In this document: positions 1 to 8,549 of the stretch, piece by piece | Layout of the letters: the number at the start of each line of letters is the position of its first letter | Position numbering within the stretch: the stretch's first letter is position 1 | Assembly (NCBI GenBank): GCA_019828565.1 | Contig: JAHDYR010000062.1 | Coordinates: forward strand, 1,485,058-1,549,057 | Reading direction: 5' to 3' | From: Carpediemonas membranifera BICM | Lineage: Eukaryota > Protista > Fornicata | DNA: 64,000 bases | The notes under the pieces: model-generated | The model's database searches: none | What the model was told of the DNA's origin: nothing | Seen by the model: the letters and a program-made list of their open reading frames with translations, nothing else | Translations under genes and position numbers: made by a program

Positions 1-327
1 GCGCATGTGCCCGTCAGGCAGTTCGTACTGGAACTGGTAGACGGACGCGGTGACCTCGGTCAGGGCAGGATCGCCGGCCAGTACATCCTCGATGCTGGCA
101 TCGGGCTTGGAGGAAATGAACATGCTGAAGGAGGAACTCTCAGGGTGCATATGGTAGCACTCCTCATCAATCCAGAAGGAGATCTTGGGGTCCGTCAGCT
201 TGTCGGGAAGCTCTACTTTCACGACAATGCCTTGGCTGTCGCAGTGGGGCGCAACTTGGAGCGCCGCAAAGACAACAGTGATGGTAGAAAGAAGCAGAAG
301 TAATGTGGTCTGTGGGCATGGCCTCAT
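1..327 (-). CDS. 5' part of a secreted/membrane protein (runs off window)
   Basis: Hand translation from ATG 327: MRPCPQTTLLLLLSTITVVFAALQVAPHCDSQGIVVKVELP..., open to position 1; signal-peptide-like N-terminus; not in ORF track because it lacks a stop. Confidence 0.6.
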   Translation of the reverse strand, partial: MRPCPQTTLLLLLSTITVVFAALQVAPHCDSQGIVVKVELPDKLTDPKISFWIDEECYHMHPESSSFSMFISSKPDASIEDVLAGDPALTEVTASVYQFQYELPDGHMR

Positions 328-510
328 GTGATGCTGATGACACTGCTTGTGGTGGATCGAAATCTCCTCATATCTGACCCAAATCTGAACACAATAATGA
401 GCGAAAATGTCCAGCGAGAGCTCTCTGTGCACCCTATGTCTACACGACGGCCTGTGGTCGCCAAGTCGCTGTTGAGCAGTTTAAGGACGAACGCCTTTGA
501 GCGGAAGACA

Positions 511-1239
511 ATGGCCGAGACTCCATTCTTGAAGCAGGTTATTGGGTACACAAATGTATTCTTGATACCAAATGAGGCAGGTACACGTTATATTCTGGTT
601 GATGTTGGGCTTGCAAACGATCACAAGAAAGTAATCCGGTTTCTTGATCATTCTGGTGTTTCATTCGAACAGATCGAGGTTCTATTCTTCACTCACAGGC
701 ACTATGATCACGTTCAAGGTGCCTCGAAGCTCCTCTCGAAGATCGAGGCCACCGGTGCCCACCCCCTTGTGCTGGCCCACACGGACGAGGTCCCCTTCAT
801 CCGCGACGGCGTGGTGGACATCCCCCCAAGCCTGTCCAAGCTGACCGTGGCCCAGTCGGCGCTGGGGAATTCTTTGAAGCACACGTGGCTCGGGCAGAAG
901 CTCCTCGGCATCTCCCAGGTTCCCCAGATCCAGGCCTGGTCCGGCGATGCTGACCAGCTGCGGGCGATGGGGTATCCCGTCAAGATCATGCACACGCCGG
1001 GCCACACGAGCGGCGGGCTGTCTCTCATGGTTGAGGACCACGTCATCACGGGCGACGTCTGCTTCAACTTCCCGTTCGCACCGCTCAGGCCGTTGTTCGG
1101 GGATGATGAGAACCTGCTGAGGGCCAGCTGGGTGGCGTTCTCCGCTAAGGGCGCCACCACTCTTCACCCCAGTCACGGGGCGGCCTTTGCCATGGAGCGA
1201 CTGCGGGCGAAACACCCCAACCTGCCCTGGGCTGGGTGA
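511..1239 (+). CDS. Metallo-beta-lactamase-fold hydrolase
   Basis: LVDVG, THRHYDH (HxHxDH), HTPGHT, ITGD, HPSHG motifs; ATG 511 chosen because the fold starts there (ORF open from 328). Confidence 0.9.
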   Translation: MAETPFLKQVIGYTNVFLIPNEAGTRYILVDVGLANDHKKVIRFLDHSGVSFEQIEVLFFTHRHYDHVQGASKLLSKIEATGAHPLVLAHTDEVPFIRDGVVDIPPSLSKLTVAQSALGNSLKHTWLGQKLLGISQVPQIQAWSGDADQLRAMGYPVKIMHTPGHTSGGLSLMVEDHVITGDVCFNFPFAPLRPLFGDDENLLRASWVAFSAKGATTLHPSHGAAFAMERLRAKHPNLPWAG

Positions 1240-1291
1240 CGGGTATACGTGACACATAAATACCGTGTGACATTAATATAAACCTAATCAT

Positions 1292-2362
1292 CTAGCCCTC
1301 TGGAAGCAGCAGCACGGCTGCCATGATGAGGAATCCGACGGTGATCAGACTCAGCTGGACCGCCTTGGCGTGCAGTGGGGACGTCGTTCCCTTGTGGATG
1401 CTGTCACTCAGCATCTCCACCACCCCCACATATGTAAATGTCCCCGCGCTGGCAGCCGTTCCGATGACGACGACGACGTCCTTCACCGCCCCGTGGGCGA
1501 GACCCGCCGTGCCGAGCCGCAGCAGGGCGCCGGTTATTAACCCGACCGGCGTGACCAGGGTGAACAGCCCGAGCAGGATGCAGGCCGTGAAGACGTTGGT
1601 GCCGTGGCTGAGGATGGCGGCCATCAAGGCCATGACCTCGAAGCCCTTGTGGGACACGATGGCGATCAGGAAGGCGATGGCGTCGCCCCGGTCGTCCGTG
1701 ATGTCCAGCACGCCCAGGCCGAAGCCCTCGATGCAGGAGTGGAAGGAGAGCGCCGCCAGGAGGAACAGCGACGTCACGCCGAGCTCGAAGCGGTGCTTGC
1801 GGCGGTGCTTGTGCATGTGCTTGCGGTGCGTGGGCATGGGCGGGTCGGACTGCAGCAGCGCCCCGTCGCGGGGCTCGGGCATTGCATAGCCGTCGCTCTC
1901 ACCCTCCGCGGTGACTGCACCTGACTCGGGGTCCGTCGCCAATGACGCCGTGGACTCGGGGTGGGACCCGGCGTATATGGCCATGCCGTCCGGGCCGTGG
2001 ACGTGGTCGCCCACCTCGTTGTGGGCACTCGAGATGTGATCAATCGCCACCATGCACAGGCATGTCACGGCTGCAATGGCCTCGGTGACGGGCAGGTTGC
2101 GGATCCATGAAGAGCCGACGACCTTGACGTAATCCGCCCGGCTCTCAGGCAGTAGATGGAGGAACGCACCCCCAATGAAGATTCCTGAACAAAACAGGTT
2201 CATCCAGAGGAAGATCGTGTCCAGCTGGATCCTACGGCCGTTCCTTGGGCCTAGCGCGCTGAGGGCAACGGGCACGGACCCGCCGATGATCGACAGGCCT
2301 CATATTACTGTGCAGCAGAAGAGAGCCCACGCTATTGAGATAAAGACCTCATGAGCGTTCAT
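1292..2362 (-). CDS. ZIP (Zrt/Irt) zinc/iron transporter; in-frame TGA at codon 21
   Basis: GIFIGGAFLHLLPES, His-rich loop, LSFHSCIEGFGLG, IVSHKGFE, SAGTFTYVGVVEML; TM1 encoded upstream of the track ORF across TGA 2300-2302. Confidence 0.88.
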
Positions 2363-3544
2363 TTTCAAATGCTCTTCTCGATAGAATCTTTCAAGGGCAC
2401 CACGAGATCTTCTGCGATCTTCAAATCGGATCACCGTGCACCCTTAGCATACGCCCAATAGCGGTGCGACCAGGCCCTGTGCCGCCCGACCCTACACTGT
2501 TGGAACCGCGCCGTGTCAAGCGGTGCAGCGAACCAATGTTACAGGACGTTCGCGGCATACCTGTATCACTAACCCCGCCGCCTTTGCTTTACTGGACAAT
2601 GCTACCACTCGTGCCGCAATCCCCTGGTGACTCCCCGTCATGGGCACCTCTGCCGTCCTGAGGCCATAACACACTGTTGGCACATAACCTACTTGACACA
2701 TAACCTAGCGCCGTCATCTACTAAGCGAACGGCGATGCCCAGCTTGTCGCCGACAAGCCCGCCCCCGGACCCCGCCTCATGCCGACCATGGACCTCAGTT
2801 GCCCGACCTACTGCGAGAGCTGGGCCATCGACTCCGCCTCCACAGCCTTACGGACCTATACCTCCTCGTCGTGGCTGAGGGCTTCTGCAAGGTCGGCCCG
2901 TTCGTTGCGGTAAGTCAAGGCCTTGTAAATCCTCCTTGCCTGCTACGAGCGGCCCTTCAGGCTAGCGCGAGGTGCGAGGTGCGAGATGTGTCCCACAGGC
3001 ACGAAAAGGACGGGGTCGGGCTGGTACAGCCCACTCGCCTTGCTAGACCATTATTTTACAATTTTCACCATGGTTGACCGTCGACAGTGCCAACGTCAGG
3101 TCCACACAGAAGGTCGAGGCCTACCTCTATGCGTCCGCCCCACTGGAGATCCTTCAAGTCAAGCTGTCAACCCGAGCCAGCTGTTAAAGTGTGATAAATT
3201 CAAAGCCAACCACCATATGACAAGCAGTCGCCAACACTCTCGACTAGAGTTGATAGGAGTCAGGTCAGACCAGGATAGTGTCAGCCCAGCCGGACACCAT
3301 TTTACCATTATTCGCCCCATCATTCGCCAACCTTGGGGGATGGGCGGGCATCGCCAGTGCAATGTCAGAGTCGGTTCCCGGGTCGACCAGGATGATAGCT
3401 TCATAGGGCAGACCCGAATGGTCCTGTAGATGTCGAGCAGGTATGCTACGAACATAAGCCGACCACCCTGGGAGTAACAACATGGCCATCTCTTCAGCAC
3501 TCATTTACAACGTCCAACGCGGGTCCCATCCATCAATACCGATC

Positions 3545-4759
3545 TCACTCCCCCAGCCTGGCCACACGGTCCTCCACGCTCGAGATGCGCTTCTCCAGCG
3601 CTGACATGACGCCGGTGACGTACTGCAGCTGCTGTGACAACGTCTGCATCGCTTGAACCATGTCAGTAGGAACTGAGTCGGGCTGCTGGGCCTCGATCAT
3701 CACCGGTGCCGAGGGCTCGGGCGTGTGCTCCTCGAACTGCACAGGGGCGGTCTGGCCCGAGATCGGGCGCTCCTTCATCATCCAGAGACAGATCTGGCCG
3801 AGGGTGTCGCACGACGCGAGCTTGCGGCCGTCCTTCGTGAAACGGACCGCAGTCACCGACCCGACGTGGCCTGTGAGTGTGTGCTCAGTCCTACCCTCTA
3901 CGGAGTTATAAATGTGCACGGCGGGCACAGGGTCGGCCACGCCCACAGATCCGACAGCGATGTACTCAGATGACGCGTGCCACGACAGAGAACGCACCGC
4001 ACCGGGCGTCTCGAACATCCAGATCAGCCCCTTACCGTGGGCTTCGTGGAGCCCGCAGCGTCGCAGCTCCCAGCAGAGCACGTTAGATCCCACGGCGGCG
4101 GCGATGAACTGGCCGTCCGGCGAGGGCGCGACGAGGGGCGCGTCGTCCTTGATGAGGCCCTTTCCAATAGTCTGGATCTGCTTGCCGCTCTCCGTGTTCC
4201 AGACACGGATGACGGCGTCGTCACCAATGGAGTAAATCATGTCGCAGTCAGGCGAGAACACAGCGCACCGGACGAAGTTGGTGTGGCCCGTGTAGCTGCG
4301 GACGAACGTGGCGGTGGGGATGGGCTTGGACTCCGTGGGAACGCCGATCTTGTGCAGCTTGATCACGCGGTCGTTGCCGCACGACAGGATGTGGCGCCCG
4401 TCGTTCGAGAAACAGACGTGGTTGATTGCTGCGGTGTGCGCCTTCATAGCTACTGACCCGCCGCGCGCTGTCGGGGTCCACAGACGCATAGTGCAGTCCG
4501 CGCCGACAGAGACAGCAAGGCTGCGGCCATTCTCGTAAATCTTGTAGTCTACGCATGTGATGTTCTTCGTGTGTCCGAGGAAACGCAAGAGCGTGTTTCT
4601 GTCCTTCTGGCAGCGCCACACAGTCATCGTCGTCTCGGAACTCGTCACAAGCGTCTCACCATCAGATCCCCAAGCTGCAGCCGATATTGGTGCACTTTTC
4701 CCGGTTGCCTTGAGGCCAGTTGTGAACGTGGGCTCAATGGTGAGCGTGCTTGTCGACAT
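3545..4759 (-). CDS. POC1: POC1 centriolar WD40 protein
   Basis: WD40 repeats (GHT...W) plus C-terminal Poc1-type coiled coil QTLSQQLQYVTGVMSALEKRISSVEDRV. Confidence 0.8.
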   Translation of the reverse strand: MSTSTLTIEPTFTTGLKATGKSAPISAAAWGSDGETLVTSSETTMTVWRCQKDRNTLLRFLGHTKNITCVDYKIYENGRSLAVSVGADCTMRLWTPTARGGSVAMKAHTAAINHVCFSNDGRHILSCGNDRVIKLHKIGVPTESKPIPTATFVRSYTGHTNFVRCAVFSPDCDMIYSIGDDAVIRVWNTESGKQIQTIGKGLIKDDAPLVAPSPDGQFIAAAVGSNVLCWELRRCGLHEAHGKGLIWMFETPGAVRSLSWHASSEYIAVGSVGVADPVPAVHIYNSVEGRTEHTLTGHVGSVTAVRFTKDGRKLASCDTLGQICLWMMKERPISGQTAPVQFEEHTPEPSAPVMIEAQQPDSVPTDMVQAMQTLSQQLQYVTGVMSALEKRISSVEDRVARLGE

Positions 4760-4885
4760 CGAAATTTTGGCCAAAACTGACAATTCCCGACGATAACTCA
4801 GGCGCGAGAGTCGGAATGTGTCGGCTATAGCAGGGTTTACTAACAGTGACAGGTAACAGAACAGACCAACACATAGAGAAACGCA

Positions 4886-5613
4886 CTATTTCACCACCGG
4901 CATCTCGAGCACAAGCCGGCCGCCCCTGTAGTCAGCGCTAACGGCCTCCGCGTCCACCGGGAACGCGAGGGGCAGCTCTAGATGGTACTGCCCGGGGACT
5001 ACGAGCTCCACCCACTGCGGCTCGACGTCCAGGTCGATGTCCTCGATGCGGGGCTGGGCCGGGAGGGCCACGGTGAGCCTGATGGCGTCCGGTGTCCCCG
5101 ACTTAACCTTAAACTGAACACTAAAATGGTCAGACCAGTTGAGGGCCTCCTTGTATGCCACGGAGTACTCGGGGATCTCCGGCTCCGTCTTGGAGGCCGG
5201 CCTGGACGCGGTCACCTGAATCATTGGCTTGCCCGGGGAGGGGGCCTGCACAGGCTTGGTAGGCTGATGCTTAGCTACCTTCTTCGGCTGCTGCTTAGGC
5301 TGCGCGGGCTTGCGCTGGACGGGCCTAGCGGCGGCCTTTGAGGGCTTCTGCTGTGTCGCAGACTGTGTGAACTCGGCGACCTCCTGCTGCCAGATCTTGG
5401 GGTCATTCCTGTTCTGCTCTTCGAGCTTCCTGATCTCCTCGCTATACTTCTGTGTGAGAGGGGGCTGAGAAAACGGACCAAGAAGTTTTCCGGGTCACTG
5501 ATCTGCTTGGCGTAGTCGGCAAAAAGCTCTACGAACTTCGGGTCCTTGAAGCACTCCTTTATCCTATTCGCTTCCTTCTGACTGATCTTGAAGTCCTCCT
5601 TTTCGCCGCTCAT
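4886..5613 (-). CDS. DNAAF2: Kintoun/DNAAF2(PF13)-like dynein assembly factor, shortened; intron 5450-5478
   Basis: N-term EANRIKECFKDPKFVELFADYAKQISDPENFL|KYSEEIRKLE matches the kintoun N-terminus; 29-nt GT..CTCACACAG intron joins the two track ORFs; C-terminal CS-like domain. Confidence 0.75.
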
Positions 5614-5643
5614 TTCTGTCGCGCAGTTTAGTATCATCGATCA

Positions 5644-5686
5644 TGTGCTATTGAAGGGTCAAACAATGTGTTTACACTGCGCAACA
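5644..5686 (+). repeat. 43-nt copy of the Fanzor element right end (scaffold 3' end)
   Basis: TGTGCTATTGAAGGGTCAAACAATGTGTTTACACTGCGCAACA is 42/43 identical to revcomp of 56469-56511; last 22 nt match 7869-7890 at 21/22. Confidence 0.95.
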
Positions 5687-7890
5687 CTGCCCTGTCTCCC
5701 TCCTACTCACGTCTTAAGTCGGTAGGGAGATCGTCTTCTCCAGGGCTTCCACAAAGCGTCTTCTTCGTGGACGTCAGCTGCAAACATCACAATCGCTCAC
5801 ACGTCGTCTCATTGTCTTCTATTCCACATTAAATTCACTTCTACACTTGTATATGCTGGTAATGGTGTTCATCGTCGGATCTTATATGTCATCTTCATCT
5901 ATGATCAGCTGCAACAAGATGGAGATATATACGATCAAAGCCTCCATCAAGCAAGCTTTCAGACAGAACTACACCGAAGAACGGAGAGTGGGGGATTACG
6001 CCGCAGCAAAATATCTCTACTCATGCCTGCTGGCCCGGCTCGCGGTTGAATGCTATGCGCAGCGCCGGCAACTCCCCCTACATGACGCCGACTTCCACAA
6101 CGGACTGCTCACTCATCTACGCGGCGGTCATCCGGGTCAGGCCTACGCGGCCATCGTGCAGTCGCTCGACACTCTGCCGATGTGGCGGGAGCCTACCACG
6201 CAGGATCTGGTCGCGTAGCTCGAAGGTCGTGCGGAGTCGCATGGAGTGAGTCCCAGTCTCCGGAAGTGGTTCATCCGATACGCCAACTCTGTGAAGCTGT
6301 GGCTCGCCCGCACGGTGACGACGTACCGTGACAGGCTACAGGGCACCCTCGCCCGACTCGAAGAAGCTCTCGCAGGTGTTGGCTCTCCGGCCTTCTTCGA
6401 GCAGGAGTTGGCCGGCGTTCACGCCATCCTCAACATGGTCAACCCTGAGTTCCTTGCGTGTCTCCTCTCGCTGTTCTGGGCGACTCACATGGGTGAGAAC
6501 GACGGGCTCCCAGTCTCCCAGGCTGCCCCACGCATTCTCTCTTGCGTCTGGGCAATTGCTGACGGAGTGGAGACGTTGAGTGGCCTCATCAGCCACTTCA
6601 ACGGGGAGTACTCGATGTCGCTCCGCCAGCCTCGCCTCGTGCCGATCGTGCCCATGGCCCCCGTCCGACCGGGCTTCATGGCCTACAGTGAAACGATGGG
6701 CCTACTGAACGGGAACTTCTGTCATCGTGTGGGAATTAATCACGCACTCCCACACGCCACCAAACCGTTGACAGAAGAGCAGAAAAGACGCTACCGGGAC
6801 AACCCCAGGTCAATGGGCCGTCTGCTCAGCCTGAGCACCGATGGGGTCTGTGTGGCGGTGACTATTAAGAGAGGATTCGGCCGCTATCGGCCACAACGTG
6901 ATGCGAGCATGCCTGTTCGAAAGCGAGCGAAAGGGCGGGAGAAAGAGCGCCCCCGACTCGGGACCAATAATGCCGAGGCTCCGCCCGCGCCGGATCCTGA
7001 TGCCCACCTCATGGGGTTCGACCCGGGCGCGAGGTCCATCGGAGGGTATTACATCAGGCACCCCGATGGCACCACCAGCTCCGGCGTCCTTCCAAAGTGC
7101 GGATACACTAAGACGCCAAGTTTCGGCTTTGATATGACGGCCGCGTCGTTCAAGAGCACAAGACTAGTGAGTATCAACAACTCTATTAGGTTTGTGCTGG
7201 ACAACGCGAACGACATTTTCGAGGCTGGAACGCGTAAGTCTTTCCGCCGAGTGCGCTTTGCGAACCACATCCTTCGCCAGAAGCACTTCGCCCGCTGCGG
7301 CCAACAGTTGGCTCGGGAGTTCGGTTGGCTTCGCCACCATCCCATCGCCACCCCCATTCGCCTGAAAGCCTTCTACGGGAGCTCGGGATTCACCACGCCT
7401 ACTGGTATGTTCATTCCTTGCGCGCCATATCGAAAGTTCGCGAGAGAGATAGTACCCCTTCTCAAGAGTCGATCTTAACATGGTTAACGAGGACCGCACC
7501 ACCGTCGTCTGCCCTCACTGCCACGCCCCCTACAAGCGAGTTCGTCCGCGTGATGACCAGCACGTTCACCCACATCGTGTGATGCTCTGCGAAAATCCAC
7601 AGTGCCGTGGTGCTCAGTGGCGCGCAACAGTTCCTGATGCTCTGAATGTTGATCATCGGGACAAGAGTGCTGCAGAGAACATCCTGTGGCGTTCTCTTGC
7701 CACGGAAGATGAGCTCAGTGGCTCTCCGTTCAGTCGCATATCCCACGTCTTCAAACTTCATTCCAGTATCATCAATTGGCTAACCGCCAACATTCGTCTA
7801 CGGACGGATGATGTTGTGCAGTTTGGCACTTTGATCGTTCCTTTCAGGCCCAGTCTGGAGGTTCGAAAAATGTGTTTATACTGCGCAACA
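5687..7890 (+). mobile_element. Fanzor element 1 (non-autonomous, decayed)
   Basis: Left end CTGCCC..CCTCCTACTCAC resembles element 2 left end; Fanzor pseudogene; right end ...ACTGCGCAACA shared with element 2; no transposase inside. Confidence 0.75.
5919..7760 (+). pseudogene. Fanzor1-like TnpB-family RuvC nuclease, about 610 aa, disrupted
   Basis: IYTIKASIK N-term, LSTDGVCVAV, RuvC-I MGFDPG, YGSSGF..CAPY, RuvC-II VNEDRTTVVCPHC, CENPQC, RuvC-III HRDKSAAENIL; in-frame TAG 6216-6218 and frameshift near 7460-7478; 3' end approximate. Confidence 0.88.
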
Positions 7891-7910
7891 GTCACGTGGG
7901 TATTTTCAGC
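7812..7910 (+). ncRNA. Candidate omegaRNA of Fanzor element 1 (79-nt scaffold plus guide)
   Basis: TGTTGTGCAGT (7812-7822) pairs 11/11 (one GU) with ACTGCGCAACA (7880-7890); inner stem; conserved 22-nt 3' end; divergent sequence begins after it. Confidence 0.6.
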
Positions 7911-8098
7911 CTACCCTTGTTGTCCCCGACATCATTTATGTACTCTACCCGTGTTGCTGTCTGGGTACTTTGGGGAGCCGGGTGGTGCTCGAGCTAGGGC
8001 CGTCCCGTTTACTACACAGTCTATACACACAAGCACGATACAGCCAAGGACACACCCGTGTCCATGCATCGTACGATAGCCAATGAGGCTCTTGGCCC

Positions 8099-8390
8099 TC
8101 ATGTCTGCTGAGAAATGAGGAGGACGTTCTCGCCCTTGAGCAAGATGGTGCCAATGACACGTCGAGTCTCCTTCTTACGGTTAACCTCCACAGCATCAGC
8201 AAGCGTGAGGTTCATGAACTCGTCGAAGCCGACAATGCGGCCCTTGATGAAGAAATCACGCATGTCTCTCAGCCAGACGGTGACGGTCTCTTTGCCCTTC
8301 AAATAGGAGTACACCTGGTTATATGTAAACAGTTAGGAGGAATGAACACACAATAGGTTCAAGAACGCCCTTCGCGCTTTTCCTGTTCAT
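8099..8390 (-). CDS. SNRPE: Small nuclear ribonucleoprotein E; intron 8321(or 8315)-8351
   Basis: MNRKSAKGVLEPI|..VYSYL..VTVWL..IKGRIVGFDEFMNLTLADAVEV..IGTILLKGENV Sm fold. Confidence 0.92.
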
Positions 8391-8549
8391 CGTCTGACCG
8401 GGCGTCGAGTCGCGGCAAAGGAAGAAGGTTCAGCGAGTCTGACTGACCCAAGCCGCCCCGCCATCTCCCAGCATTGTCATAACATTTACTTATGTTCAAC
8501 AGGACGGGGCCGGCTGGAGCAGTAAAACTACCAAACGACCAATAGATGC

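Noticed and set aside
5644-7890. LTR/TRIM interpretation (TG...CA direct repeats, atca/gtca flanks)
   Set aside because: Repeats are only about 35-43 nt; no PBS, PPT or gag/pol; the same sequence occurs only at the 3' end of element 2
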